64,000 nucleotides of DNA from Phaeosaccion multiseriatum (GCA_965112735.1 OZ218963.1:3224001-3288000), one strand, 5' to 3'; positions 26,144-40,688 are shown, counted from the first letter of the stretch. Translations and numbers: made by a program. The notes: generated by a model not told the origin, from the sequence alone.

Positions 26144-27738
26144 TCCTCACCCAACTCAAGCTACCGCCTCAATTGATCCGCAGGCGGCAGCAAAGCTGGA
26201 GGAGTACATGAAGAGTCGAGGTCTTCGAGTCACGGACCTCTTCGCTGCAGCCGACCTCGACGGGAACGGAACCATCTGTACTAGTGAGCTCCGAGCCGTC
26301 CTCGTAACGATTGAGGCGCCGGAGGGCAAGAAGCAGTTCGCTCTGGAGAAGCGGAGGAAGAAGATGGTGAAGGACTACCACCTGAGGCAGGAGACCATTC
26401 GGAACCTTGACATGGCGGTAGACCGCTTGGAGGTGAGCTGCGTGTGTGTCTCTATCTCTCCATCTTTCTCTCTCTCTTTGCCCTTGGATTCTTGCGACGG
26501 CGGAAACCCGAGGGGGAGGAGACAGCGTAACCCTCACCTGCAACGCCCCCCCACACGCTTCCACACACCTACCCACCACCGCCCTACGCAACCCAACCCA
26601 AACGAACCCTCAGACGGCAAAGAATTACCATGCCTACGGCGTTATGAAGCGTATCGAGTTCTGGCAGCGCAAGTCCAATCTTCGCCTCATTGACGCCTTC
26701 AGTCGTGCCGGCTTCGACACAGATGGCGACGACGCTCTCGACGCGAACGAACTGCGGGCCTTCATGCAGACAGTCAAGGTGTCGCTCTCGCTCTCCGAGG
26801 CAAGGTCCGTCATTCGATGCCTCGACGCCGACGGCAACGGTAAGCTTGAGGCGAAGGAGCTGCACGATGCGGTGAAGCAAATGAACATGGACGAGCGTTA
26901 CATTCGCAGCGTGCTCGACAATGCCAAGTTGGTCAAGCTCATTCACGACGACGTCACCGATGAGGTGCTCGCGTTGGTGCACCGGGACAAGATGCAGGAG
27001 ATGGAGGCCAAACGGGCAGCCAACCACGTGTACGGCAAGACGGGCATTAATCGCATGTCGGTCGTTGTGCGATCGCCAGAGTTTCACCCGCTGCCGTTGG
27101 AAGAGATGCGCCGGGAGAGCAAGGAGCACGGAGGGGCCCACCTCAACGGCAAGCGAGGACCACTGGTTCAGTTACTGAGGTCGAGAGCGAGTAGCTCTGC
27201 TTCTACCGGAACTGCAGAAGGCGGCTCCGCTGGTGCCGATGCTGCGGCCAGCCATGCGGCTGCGGCGCTGGGTCCCATGAGGACTGGCAGGGTGGGCAGC
27301 AGTGCAGGCGACACGGCTGGAGACGACAAGAGCAAGAGCGACGAGCGCCCTGCCGTAGCGAAGGAACGGCAGCAGCAGCAGGAGGAGGACGAAGGGGGCG
27401 CCGCTGCTCCCCTATCCGCCGCAGCACCAGCAAGTGCGAGGGGTAATGGACACAGCTCCATCAAAAAGGCGCAGCGCTTCATGGCCGGCATGGTGGCTGG
27501 CGGGGACGAGCACAGAACGAAGCGCCGCTCTGCTGCAAAGTACGGCGGCTCGGACGGGGGGAAGCTCAGCGACTTGATAATGGTGTCCAGCGCGGCCGCT
27601 GCCAAGTGGGGATACAAGCCGCTGCCGTTTGCCCGGCAGAAGGTGGTTCTAGTGTCGGGAAGTCCTTTGGACACCGACTGGCTGGGCAGTTTGGATTTGA
27701 GGGTCAGCCGCGGGTTGATACAGGCCGCCAAACTGTGA
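23532..27738 (+). CDS. Multi-EF-hand calcium-binding protein with one EsV-1-7-type Cys/His motif, multi-exon
   Basis: EF loops DMSGDNLLTPLE, DGDANQNLSTSE, DLDGNGTICTSE, DTDGDDALDANE, DADGNGKLEAKE, plus CLEETCHRKPNYG...HCSEHFQEGMIHV. The start is uncertain. Confidence 0.8.
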
Positions 27739-27860
27739 GGCGCACCAGCCTGGTCGCCTGCTTCTTTGCTTCGAGTGCAAGCAAAAAATGAAAAAGTCAG
27801 GCCCCACCCCTCCACTACCGCACAACTTCAGGGGGCTTGGGAACAACTAAAGCATTGAAG

Positions 27861-28147
27861 TCGGCCCTGGAAGAGGTTACAGTTTGCGCCGGTCATAATC
27901 AGTAATCAGGCCGGCTGGCGCCAATAATCAGTAATCAGGCCGGCTAGCGCCCGTCATACTCAGTAATCAGGCCGGCTGGCGCCGGTCATAATCAGTAATC
28001 AGACCCGGCTGGCGCCGGCCATAATCAGCAATCAGGCCCGGCTGGCGCCATAATCAGTAATCAGGCCGGCTGGCGCCGGCAGTAATCAGTAATCAGGCCG
28101 GCTGCGCCGGCCGTAATCAGTAATCTGATAACCTCTTCCAGGGCCGA
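27861..28147. mobile_element. Non-autonomous TIR element (MITE-like), copy A1, with an internal array of about 32-bp units
   Basis: Perfect 19-bp TIR TCGGCCCTGGAAGAGGTTA / TAACCTCTTCCAGGGCCGA. TSD TTGAAG on both sides. About 8 units of GCGCCGGYCATAATCAGTAATCAGGCCGGCTG. Confidence 0.9.
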
Positions 28148-28833
28148 TTGAAGATTAAATTAATTAAGGGGGGGGGATGTTATCTGGTATTGCGGCATCG
28201 CCAGTATCGCCAAGCGACGAACTTATGGGCTCAATGGGCGTGTGTGTGGGCGATGTGTATCATCTGCTGTGCCAGTGGGCCCGCCAAAAAGCCTGGATCA
28301 CCAACACGGCCACTTGCGGTTTCCCCAGCAGCAGCTCCCCCGGCAAGGCAGCATCACCGCGAGACGGGAGAGAGGGAGGGGCAACGGCGTGAGGGGTGAC
28401 GCCCACGTGGCCAAACAAATGGAGACGGACATTGTGACTCCCCCCAGGATGTTTGAGCTTCCACCCGACCACGAATATGGGTATGGCCACAAGTCTTCGC
28501 TGTTTTCTTTCCCGCTCACTGATGCCACCAACATCACCAATACAGTTGTAGGCTCTGAAGCTTGACGACGAATACGTGCCTGCGATCGAGTCCATGCAGG
28601 AGGCAAGCATTCCCCGAGTCGCGCTGCCCATGCTCACTGCCGAGGAATGCGCCCTCCTGGAGGAGTTCGACGGCCGCCACCAGTCTCTTCCTCACAGAAA
28701 GGAGGGCGTCTTGACAGTGGTCTTGCCGGGGAGGAGGGGAACGGTCTTATTTAGCCCCCTTGGCGACTCTGGGGCAGGCTGGGGCCAGGCTGTGGCTCAA
28801 TTTCAGTTTGAAGTCCAGTGCATGCTCTCATAT

Positions 28834-29020
28834 TCGGCCCCTGACGTGATTCTCTGAGGGGCGGCGCCGAGAATCACGAATCTAATCACGCCCTCTAGCG
28901 GTCACAGACTGAATCAGCCTGCAGCCCCCCCCCCCCTTGGTTCCCTGACATATTATTACGCACTATGACGTCATTCATTGCCTTATTTCTAAGGCGCACC
29001 ACCGAGAATCACGAATCACG
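28834..29020. mobile_element. Probable truncated member of the same TIR superfamily (left end only)
   Basis: TCGGCCCCTGACGTGATT at 28834-28851, followed by two CCGAGAATCACGAATC blocks (about 28867 and 29002). No matching right TIR found. Confidence 0.5.
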
Positions 29021-29564
29021 CAAACCAGAGGGTGCGGCGTACGGGTGCGCTTTTCCCTGGCGTACAATCAGCTCCGTCGCCACAGCTACGGCTTTGAAGC
29101 TTTGCCTGCCTCCCTTGCTCCAGAGGATACTTACCGTCTCCTCCCCCAGCCGGCTTCCTTGCTGCACCTGCACCTACCCTGTCAAGACACCAGTTGCAAG
29201 CTTCGTAGCTCCAGCCACAGCAGGAGTCCGTCGAAGGCCTTCGTTCACGCGTCTGCCCGGTGGGAGGCCTCCGTGGGTATCGTGGGGAGGGCCCGTCCCC
29301 AGGGGGGCTTTGATGACCTCAGCGACTCAAGAGAGAAGGAAGAGGATGGACTTGAATTGAACCCACGACTTTTTTTTTAAACCGGAAGGGGCCTAATACT
29401 AGTAATAAAACAACTGTGTGTCTACCTCACTCACTCGACACACATGGATGACACTTGACGGAACACAAGAGAAAGCCTGGCCACACGGGTAGAAGGTACA
29501 AATTATTCGCCTACACCTCGGCGACAAACATAATAATTTTAAAAATGACAAGCCTAAAATACAC

Positions 29565-32500
29565 TCAGGTGGCGGTCGGTTCGATCTCGGCGATGAGGTC
29601 AGTGCCGCTGAGCGTGTCACCATCCGCTACTGCCAGCTTCGTCACCTTCCCGTCGACGGGACTTGTGACAAGGGCGCGGAGCGGGGGGGACGGGGGGCAG
29701 CGAGAGGACGCTGACGTGAGAATAAGCAACGAGGGGTGTGGCACACATGCTTCGACACAAGGAGAGGAAAGGGGACATGAGTTCAATACCAAAATTCAAA
29801 CTCAAAGGGGGACCAGAGGAGGATTCCTCAACATATCTGCGTGACCTGTATCTGTTGCCGTGTTTAGCAACCTCTTCTCTTGCTTCTCTGTCACAACGCC
29901 AACCCATCCCGGCAAACACACACACACGCACGCAAGCACGCACCTGCTCACAGACGTCTCCATCTTCATCGCAGACAGGACCACGAGGGGCTGACCGGCC
30001 TTCACCTTGTCTCCCACCGCTACCTTCACGCCCACCACCACTCCGGGCATTGGGGCTCCCACTGACCCAATCCTCTGCGAGTGTCGTGTGCAGACAGATG
30101 TGCAGACAGGCATAGGTAGGTACACAGGTATGGGCAGATGAGAGATCCATGCACTTGAGACATGGGAAGGAGGGTCAGGGGTGGAAGGGTGATAAACGTC
30201 ATCGGCTGGGGCAGGTTGGGGTACAACCCGTCCCAACCCCCAAAACGAAAGAAAGTACAGCCCCGTGGCGTTATCCTCCTTCTCTCTTCCTACTTCACTC
30301 ACACTGACGTCGGCCTTGGGTCTGACAACGGTATCACCCGCAACGCTGTCGTCCTTCACCATCACGATGCGATTCTGCCCGTTCATTGTGAACGACACCT
30401 GCGGGACACAAGACAGCAAAGAGCAGAGGCAGGCGGACCCAAAGAGAGAAGGATAGAGCACACACACACACACACACACACACAAATATAGACGCTGGTG
30501 AGTGATTGAGTGACTGCAGGAGGAGTGTCCTTGCATGCACGTTTCTACGTTCAAGAGGACTGCACTCCGCACACAGCATATCAACAAACGGGCGCTGCTG
30601 CTCAGATACACACTCCAAACACCCGCCCGTTACGCCCGTTACCATAGACGCATGCATGCCCTCCACCCCTCCTCGCCCCCCCTCCCCCATCCCCTTCCCT
30701 GCCCGTCTTCACTTGCCGCTCGCATGCCCTCGTCGTCAGGCTCTCCCACGGACTTGAGGCAGATAAACAGGACCTTCCCGTGCTCAATCTCCACTGAAAT
30801 CTCTTGCCCAATCTTCATGCCGCTGACGAAGGTGCGAGTATCGAGGACGGACAAATCACCGTACGTCTCCCTGCTGGTCATGAACTCCTTGAATACGCCA
30901 GGATACTGCGAGTGGCTGACGAGGTGCTCGTCTGTTGAGAGAAAGGGATATGGAAGGGAAAAGGGAGAGGGAAATCGGCAGGACAGAGAAACTGAAATTG
31001 GTGAGATGGCAGCCTCAGGCAGAGGGAGATGACGTGTACAAGAGTAGCGTGATAAGCAACCAAAAGAGCCAACCCTCTGCTCCATCTCATTCACCTGGAA
31101 CATTGTCTCCATAGGCAGCGGTCAGCATTTCGAGCTCTGTATCGAAGGCGTAAGGGGCCATCTCAGCACCTGTGGCAGCAGCGAATCCCGCACGCGGGGG
31201 GGGGGGGGGGATGATTGAACTATTCTTTCTCAAGCAGGGATGGGGGAGGGGAGAGGGAAAACCCCCAAAACAAAACAAAAAAATCTCTTTCCTTCCTTCC
31301 TTCCTTCTTCCGTCCCTCCCCTCTCCTTCCCTGATGCCCTCCAAAGGCGGGAAGGAAGGCAGGTGGGAGGGGATTTCAATGGGGCGGTGTGGCAGAGAAG
31401 ACATACTCATACATACCTGGGCGGCCTTCAAAGCAGGACTTGCCATTGGGCAGAAGCGGCTGCGGGAGGGAGAGTATCCGATACGACAAACCCGAGCCAA
31501 GCCAAGCCAACCCGAGCCAGGCGCGAACAGGGCAAGGCACGGCGGAAGAGCAGCAGTTTCAGATTATAGGATAAGGGTTGAGTGGTCGTGAGAAGGTAGA
31601 GCAACGCGCAGCACAGACGGTCGCATTGACGGCCGAAAGCGAAAAGAACCCTCACACCCACTCAGCTTCAAGCGGACTTTTGTTTGATACTGTAGAGCAA
31701 TACACACCCAGTACTCCCTCCCTTCCCGTCCCGTTCCGTGCTACCCTCCTCACCTTTCCCTTGAGGACATCCGAGCGAAGAGGCTCGGGAAAGCCAAAGG
31801 GAGGAATGCCGAGGTAGCCTTGGAAGTACTCAATAACGCTCCCGGGCAGGGACAGCGTGGAAGCCTGCTCCTTGACGTCTTGCTCCGACAAGTCGTTCTG
31901 CACCATGAACTGCGCGAGGTCGCCAACCACCTGAACAGTCAACAGAAACAACGCGTTTTGGTTGGTTGGATACCACGTAACATAAAATGAGACCGGAAGG
32001 GGTGCCACAACGCCGTCCATGTGTGTGTGTGTGTGCTTGTGTGCACATGTGTGTGTGCGTTTGCTTGTGTGTACGTGTGTATGTGCGTGTGTGTGTGATG
32101 AAATACTTGGGTGAGTGCCGGGAGAGAAGGACTAGACACACACCAACAGAGAAAGGAAAAGAATCTACCTGAGAGAACGAAATAAACTTCCAAGAAAAAA
32201 GTGCCTAGCCAAGCAAGCGCTCGCTCTTCCTCCCGTGTTTTCTTCCCTGCATTTACACAACCACACACACACACATACCTTCGAAGACGGAGTAACCTTG
32301 ATGATGTCTCCAAGAAGTCGATTGGCGGATGCGTAGGCCTTCTTGATGGCGGGCCATCGGCCGCTGAGCCCCAGCTGCTGGCTCTGGAAGAGGAGGTTAG
32401 TGTACTGACCGCCGGGCATCTCGTGGTTGTACACATCAGCTGAGCCGGACTTCTGTCCGCTCTCAAAGGGCTCGTACAAGCCACGGGCCTCTTCCCAGTA

Positions 32501-34115
32501 GTCGTTGATCTTCATTGGAGAGGAGAAGTTGAACACAGCGGGAGGGGTGGGAACAATGGACATTGCATATGGGCGTGTGTATGGAGTGAGAAAAGGCTGA
32601 ATAATGGGCATATATGGTAGCAACACGGGCGTGAGAGGAGGTCAAAAGGAAGGAAGGACCGGAGGCAGGGGGCGGCAACCCTCCCCCCCATTATCCCATA
32701 GTATCGTACAGTCATGTGCATGTGGCTCCAGTGCGCGATCGAGTTCACACAAGTCTTTTTACCTGTGTAATGAGAGTGGGGTCCATGTTGGTGTCCTTGG
32801 GTCCCCCGGCCAGAGCCCCCACAATAGCACCCATGCTGGGCTGCGAGGTGGTGCTGGTGGAACGGGAAAGAGAAAGGGTTAAGGAAGAGGAAGGGTGGGA
32901 GGAGGAAGGACATCCCGAGTGAATCTTCCACAGAAGGGAGCCTGAGGCAGGCATGACGAAGAGAGTGTCGACATCGACATTTCGGACTCACCCCGCAAGG
33001 GCATCCATAGCGCAGTCAACAGCGTCGGCTCCGGCATTGGCGGCAGCCAGCATGCTCGCTACGCCAGTACCTGTGGCATGTATCGACAAAGAGGCCAAGG
33101 GGGTTGCACGGTTACACGGTTACACAACAGCACCAATACTCTTGTCCTCTTGCTGACCGTAGTGTGGTCTGAGCCTACTCCCTTTTATGTCTCTCAGTCA
33201 CATGGGCAGGCAGAGTAGGGGGGATAGAGTTCAAGATGCTCACCAGCGGTGTCGTGGGTATGGACGTGGATGGGAATGTCCGGGAAGGCGGCCCGCAGGC
33301 CTCCGACAAGCTCCCTGGCAGCCGCGGGCTTGAGCAGCCCAGCCATGTCCTTGTCAAGAGCAGCGCGGAGAGGGCGGAGAGAGAGGAAAGGATTAGGCGG
33401 GGAGGGGTTAAGATGAGGGGTTCCTGCGCTGGAATTGCGTACAGCGAATCTTGTGCTACACATGCCGTGTCTTGTTGTCTCCTTCCTTGCCTGTCTAGCC
33501 GCCCTCTCTCCCTCCCTCTTTTCCGTTATTGTCTGCCCTCCTTCTTCCCCTGCCCGCCCGCTTTCCTCCCCTGCCCGCCCTCCTTCCATCCCTCCTTCCT
33601 TCCTTCCTTCCATCCTTCCTTCCTTCCATCCTCACTCACTCACCTTGATGCACAGCACATGCGCCCCGAGGTCCACCAACTTGCCCGCGAAGTCAATGTA
33701 GTACTCCAGGGTGTAGTTGGTGCCCTCCTTGGTAAGATCACCAGTGTAGCAGATGGCGGCCTCGATGATGCCCCCCGCGCTTCCCACGGCGTCGATTCCT
33801 AGCCTCATGTTTTCGATGTAGTTGAGCGAGTCGAACACTCGGAAGACATCCATGCCGTTCCTCTGTGCCGTATCGCAGAACTTGTGCACCACGTTGTCGG
33901 GGTAACTCGTGTCTGTGATGTTAAGGGGAGGGAAGAGTATGGCAAGGCCATATCGTGTTAGGCCAAAGCGAGTAAAGCACACGACAGCACAGCACGGCAG
34001 TTGGTGGTACAGCGCAACACAGCACGGCACAGCAATTGGTGCGAGCCCTCGATGAGTTTGTGGCCTTGGCCTGTGGCCTTGCACTCACATCCGACGGCGT
34101 TGGCTGCGAAAGGTT

Positions 34116-34160
<45 letters not shown>

Positions 34161-37100
34161 CAGGGAGGGGCGATGTCAGAGATGGGGCATTAAACCCGAT
34201 TCAAGGGACACGAGGTCCGCTCTGCTCCACCTTTCCCCTTCCCTCCCCATTCCCATACATCTCTCACAACAGACTACCCCCGTCCCCCTCTCTCCCCACA
34301 TATGCCAGCCCGCCCACCCACCTCCTCTCAGCAGCATCTGGAAGGGGATATTGGGGACAGCCTCCCTCATCTTGGCGAGCCGGTCCCACGGACACTCCTT
34401 CAGGAAGCGCATGGACACGTCGAAGGTAGCTCCTCCCCAACACTCGAGCGAGTACGCATTGCGAAGGGCGACCTATAATAGCCGGGTAGAGACAAAGGTT
34501 CAAAGGTGGTGATAAGATGGACAGATGGCGAAAGGGAAAGGAGGAGCGCCAATGAGCTGAGGAGAGGCGAGTGACGTGGAAAGCCAATCCCCTTCCCCAC
34601 TGGGGTATCAGCAGGGAGGGATGGGGCTGAACTTTCCATATGCAGAGGAGACTAGGAAAGAGTAGAGGGCAAACCGCCCCTTATCTCCCGCCCTCCCCCC
34701 CGCCCCCCCTGGCCCCTCCTTCGGTCTGACACGTACCGACGTGGCGGGGGCAACATTCATTATGTCAATGGTGCGCATTCTCGTGGCGAGTAGAGACTGG
34801 TGAGCGTCACGCCACGTGGTGTCGGTGAGGAGGGTGCCCTCGTGCTGTCAAGCGGAGGAGGAGGAGGAGGAGGAGGAGGAGGAGGAAGAAGGACAAGGGG
34901 TGTTAAAACAGTCACAGCAGAGAGCGAGTAAGGGAGTGCGGATCTCTTGGGTGCAGTTTGGATAGGGAAGCAGTTTGGAGGTGTATCGTTATGAGCAACA
35001 GGAGGCATATTTGCAGATACAGTCAAAGAACTGATGCCTTCGGATGGAGGTGTGCTCAAAAGAGCGCGGAAACAAACCACAGGAAGCCTCCAAGCTCCTG
35101 GACCCCCCCCGTCTTCAAACCTTCCTTCCTCCTCCTCCTCCTCCTCCTCCTCCTCTTCGTCTGCTTACATCTCTGACGGCCTTGGCAAAGGCCTTGGGTC
35201 CTTCCTTGACGTACACATCCCTGAGGCATCCTACGGAGCTGTCGTTAGGCAAATCTGCTGGGGACAACTTTGGCACAGTTGGGTCCACAAGAGAGGGGGC
35301 ACTCCCAACCGCGCCCAGCGAAGGGGGAGGCCCGTTGACTGTGACCTCTCCAATGTACTTGAGCAGCTTCTGGCCTGTAAGTGTTGGGTATACGGAGAAT
35401 TCATGCACAAGGCTGTGAGTAACAGAGGAGAAAAGACCACACATCTCTTGCCTTTACGACACATGTATCGTGTTGCACACAATACATCCAGCAGCACATT
35501 CAAGACTATATATATACACAGAGGAAATACGACTACGTAACATAGTGTAGTATCTACAGCACACACTCAACGCCCCTTTGAGAGTGCAAGAACCACACAC
35601 ACGTACCTCTGTTGCTGGTGCGGTGGGGCACCAACAGGTCAGGGTTGTCGCCAATGAAGCTTGTGTTAATCGTGCCTGGAACCACAGCGGGGAGCGGAGG
35701 AGCGAACTACACTTTAGAGACGTACACAGGAGGGACGAGAGCCCAGCGCTGTGATGGGAATTTTTATTTTCCCAACGCCCCCACAGGCTCCCCCCCCACC
35801 TTCTTCAGTCTTATCCCACCCCACCCACCGTCGAGGAAGTCCGGGTGCTTGAGAACATTAAGGAGGAAGGATTTGTTCAAGTTCACTCCTCGCACGCGGA
35901 ACTCTTCCAGTGCTCTCGTGAGTTTGCGCGCACAATCCTTTCTGTCCATGGCGTGGGCTGTGACCTTGACCAATAATGAGTCGTAGTGAGGGGTGATGAC
36001 GGCGCCTTGGAAACCAGGTCCATCGTCCACACTAGGGGAAGGAGCCACAAGCAGTGAGGGAAGACGGGGTGTGTTTTAGAGGAAGGAACAGGCATAATAG
36101 GCATAAAGGGCATAGAAAGTAGAGTTCAAGTACAGCGCACGGTATACCAGCTGCAGCCAGAGGAGGCACCTTCCCATGAGAGACATTAAATGCATTATGA
36201 AGAACTCACCGGATCCCCATGCCCCCCGGGGTCCGGAACACCTCAATGTACCCTGTCCCAGGCGCAAAGTCCTGTGCGGGGTCCTCAGTCGTCACGCGGC
36301 ACTGTAAAGAAGACGGCAACCCACAAAGCACCAGGAAAGAAGCACAAGAGAGAGAGAGGGGGAGGGGGGGGAGGGAGGGTAGCTCATCAGCTTCAGTTGA
36401 AGGAAGAAGCTCTTACTCTGACCTACGACCTGTGTGTACGTATCGTACCTGCATGGCGGTTCCCATGACCTTAATCTTGTCCTGAGTCAGCCCGAGCTCT
36501 TTGAGAGTGGCGCCCCCGGCAATCTGGAGAGCAGCAGAGAGAGAGCGCAGCGCATGGGTTTCAGTTTCAGTTTCACTTCCAAGCTCCACTGCTGATCCCC
36601 TCCCTCCTTCTCCTGCTCCTCGCCCGCTTCCCCCCCGGCTTGAAGACTTACCTTGATTTGAGACTGCACGATATCCACCCCCGTGATCTGTGCCCGACGA
36701 CGACGACAAGCGCCCAGCAAGGATGAGTATATGAAGGTGCGAGAACCTCGGGTGACAGTTAGCAAGGGAAAGCAAATATCCGCTCTCTCTCTCCCCTTCT
36801 CTTTCACTCACCTGTTCCGTGACGGTGTGCTCCACCTGGACCCTCGGGTTGACCTCAATGAAGTAGTGCCTTCCTTCCTGATCCACGAGGAACTCGACAG
36901 TGCCCGCATTGAGGTACTTGGACTTGCCCGTGATGCGCAACGCGTCCTGCAGCATGGCCTCACGAACCCCGGGGGGCAGGCGCTCTGCCGGAGCCGTCTC
37001 CACCACCTACAACATCAGAGAGGGTCCACCACCACCCACAATCCGTACGATTGAGAGCCTGAGAGCCTGCTTCTGCACCTACACCCATAACCACACCCAT

Positions 37101-37708
37101 GAAGCTTCTCCCCCCTCGCACGCCCACCCGCCCACCCCGCCACCGACGCACACACATACGTAATTCTTAGATTGATACATCTAAGTCATTAAAAACAACC
37201 ACCCACGCACCTTCTGGTGTCTCCTCTGCACGCTACAGTCCCTGTCGTACAGATGCACCACGTCCCCAGTCCCGTCCCCGAGAATCTGCACCTCGATGTG
37301 GCGGGGCTTGTTTACGTAACGCTCGATAAAGATACTTCCATCTCCGAAGGCGGCTAAAGCCTCGGACGACGCCCTTGTGTATCCCTCCTCCAGGTCCTCC
37401 GCCTTTGTCACGACTCTCATCCCTCGCCCACCACCCCCCATGGCAGCCTTGATGATGATGGGATAGCCCACGCCAGAGTCGATAAAGTCCTTGGCCTGCT
37501 GGAGAGTGGTCACGGGGCCGTCCGTTCCAGGGACGACAGGGACATCGGCAGCGATGGCCAGCTCGCGAGCAGTGGTCTTGTCCCCAAAACCCCGCAGGAG
37601 ATCGGCGGTGGGTCCCACAAACTTGATGCCGTGCTTTGCGCACTCCTCTGCAAACTCGGCATTCTCGCTGAGGAAGCCGTAGCCCGGGTGGATGGCGTCT
37701 GTGCCGAG

Positions 37709-37759
<51 letters not shown>

Positions 37760-38229
37760 AAGGAGGGGCGCGGTGGTAAGTATAACAAGGCAGGCGAGGG
37801 GACGACAAACTCACAGATCTGAATGATGAGTGGAGGTAGGGCACGGGCACAAATTATGCGCACGCGTGCACAGAGACGCAGCGAAGAGTAATCGCACCAC
37901 CTGGGTCGATCCATTGCTGTGCCGTCACTCTCACACCCACCCTCATCCACCCTCATCCACCCTCATCCATCCTCACCCACCCTCACAACCACACCCATAC
38001 CCTCACACCCACGCACCCACACACATACACACACTCACCGACGTGGTTCGCCAGCGCTAGCGAGATGATGCCATGGATGTCGAGGTAAGCGCCGACTGGG
38101 CTCTTGTTATGCCCTACCATGAAGGCCTGGTCAGCCTTGTAGCGGTGCTGCGTGTAGCGATCCTGTGTGTCGTGTAGGTCAAAGGAAAAGAAAGGCGTTT
38201 GCTCTTGACAGGGTGCGAAATGGACTAAC

Positions 38230-38267
<38 letters not shown>

Positions 38268-38732
38268 ATCTCTCCACAAGATACCCACATATTTTCATAT
38301 TTTCCAAACCTACCTCCTTGCTGAAGATGCCAATCGTTTTGAGCCCAAGCTCGTTTCCAGCACGCATGATTCTCACCGCGATCTCGCCTCTGGTAGAAGA
38401 GGAGGAGGGAAAGAAAGGAAGACACGGAGAAACTTGAGGAAAAAGGGGATGAGAACCTTCCATTTCCCAGACTGGGCCAAGGCAGGATTTCCGATCCCTA
38501 TTCCCGGCCCCAGTCACCTGTTGGCCGCGAGGATCCTCTTGAACGGCATGACAGGCTCCTTCCCGGTGCTGAAGCTTGCCCCTAGTCCTGCCCTGCTCTT
38601 CAACTTGGCGCATGGCTCCTGGGAGCGTGCCGAGGCCCCCAGGAAGTTGCTGACAGTCCCTCGCCGGCGCAGAGAGTGGAGAAGAGAGCTCCCTCCACTC
38701 TTTCGAGCCCCGCTTCGGTAAAGGGAATGCAT
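29565..38732 (-). CDS. PYC: Pyruvate carboxylase (biotin carboxylase, carboxyltransferase and BCCP domains), many exons, with an R/S-rich presequence suggesting mitochondrial targeting
   Basis: [146 protein letters not shown] (biotin lysine). Confidence 0.97.
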
Positions 38733-38883
38733 CCTCCCCGTTGGGCGTCTTTTTCCACGTGTGGCTCGAGCTTGATTTATGGCGCCTCCGCCCCGGGGGA
38801 AGCCTAGAATACACCCCCCCTCACAACTGGCGAAGGCGCGGCTCTCCCTTTCCCTCTCTTCCTTCTCCTTTATTCCAGCTAGT

Positions 38884-40688
38884 ATGGCTCCTTCTTGGCT
38901 TCCTCTCGCACTCTCTGTGGTGCTGGCTGCCTCCCAGCAGCGAGCAGTAGGGGCGTTTGTGCCCTGCTGTGGGCTGCGACTAGGAGCAGCGCCAACAACA
39001 CCAGGATCATCATGTTGCACCACCTCGACCGATGGTAGCAGCAGCAGCAGCAGCAGCTGCTGCAGCAGGAGAGGAGCGAGGGTGCCTTCCTGCATGTATG
39101 CTGCGTCGGAGTCGTTCAGTGCTCCTGGTCCGCACCAACTTGATGGCCAGACCACGGAGGGCCCCCTGCAGCCGCTCATGGACACGGTAGTGGTGGAGAA
39201 GTACAAGTTCGCAGAGCAAACGAGTGGCGGGCTCTTTTTGCCCGGCAAGGTAAGACAGCCTAGAGCTACTCAAGAAGGGCAGTGCTATGGTTGCTTGAAC
39301 CCCAGCCCCAGTCCAAATTTGTTTGATGCCGCTACTCCATTCATTGACACACCTTCCTTGCGCACGCTCGCCTGTCGGTCGCGTTTGATGCAGGCCAAGA
39401 AAGCGAGCAATATGGGGACGGTGATAGTCACGGGCCCAGGGAAGCGGGCGTTTTCCTCATTAATCACTCTTCCAATGAAGGTAAGCATGCATGCGTTGAA
39501 GCACACACGATAAATGTCTTTGTGGTGTGTGAAGAGTGCGAGGAACAAAAGGAGCAGGCTCCAAATCTCTTATGAACAGCTTGTCGTGCGAACGAACCCT
39601 GCCACTGTTGCACACCCAGGCCAAGGCGGGGCAAACGGTCATGTGGGGAGAGGTGGAAGGTAAGGACATGGAGTACGATGGAACCGACTACCGCCTGCTG
39701 AGGGACGACGATATCTTGCTGGCCTTCGAGGGGGATGAACCCACTCTCGAGGCGGCGGTCCCGTTGGGAGAGAAGGTCTTGGTTAAGGTGAGTTGGGGGA
39801 CGCACGTTCACACCTTTGAGGAATCTCTCTCTTGTCTTCCATGGCACCAGGGGAAAGCGTTTTTAATCTCAGACCACAGGCAGTGAACTCCCCGTGCTAC
39901 GTCCTGAGACACCAGCCTTCTTTTTGGGGTGTTGTGTCCATCCGTGGACTGGACTTCCCCTCCTTTCTCCGCTCAGGTGGTCAAGGAAATAGAGCAGGAA
40001 AGGGCGACGGGTATCATCATTGCAGCTACAAGTGCGAAAGTCACCTTGCCAACAACGGGCGAGATAGTCAAGGTCAGTAACGAGGAGAGAAGGGGAGTGA
40101 AGTCTATGAAGGAGCGTGATGAGCCTTGCTTGTACTACCCGTTGTCAGGATTGAGCCCCCGCAATCCAATCCACTGAAAGTATCACCGGTAGACTGAAAC
40201 CCCTTGCCCATGAGCCCCTCGCACAAAGAGTTGACATGAATTCCTTCACGTATGCACGCCCCTTCCCGCCCCTCGATATCAGCAAGGGCCCGGTCGAGTA
40301 GCGATCAACGGAGAGGCCATTCCCATGCACGCAAAACCCGGCGACAAGGTGAGAGCCAAGCAATGTGGCTGACCACCACCGTCGCATGTGGTAGTTAGGG
40401 ACTCCTCCATTGTTCACACCTCTCTGACACGCCCACTGAGGTCCTGACCTGTACGCTTTCACTTGCCAGTGCAGTCATTCACATGCTTGCTCATAACTCT
40501 CTTGTGATGGCACATACTGGTGCTTTGCCTGCGGCTGCCCCACTGACCTACACTTGTCTGCCCACTTGCTTGCCCCGCAGATCCGCTTCCGGCAGTACGC
40601 TGGCAAGACTGTTGAGCTAAAGGGTGGGACGGATCCCACAGAGGGGTTTGTGGTCATCAAGAACAACGATATCTTTGGGACTATTTGA
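38884..40688 (+). CDS. CPN20: Plastid co-chaperonin Cpn20 (tandem GroES domains), multi-exon
   Basis: Signal peptide + AFVP; PLQPLMDTVVV...TSGGLFLPG, GTVIVTGPGKR, YRLLRDDDILL; second domain PLGEKVLVK, ATGIIIA, FRQYAGKTVEL, VIKNNDIFGTI*. Confidence 0.9.

Noticed and set aside
27885-28125. CRISPR-like array of about 32-bp palindromic repeats
   Set aside because: The units are directly adjacent with no unique spacers, there are no cas genes, the context is eukaryotic, and the array is bounded by TIRs and a TSD.
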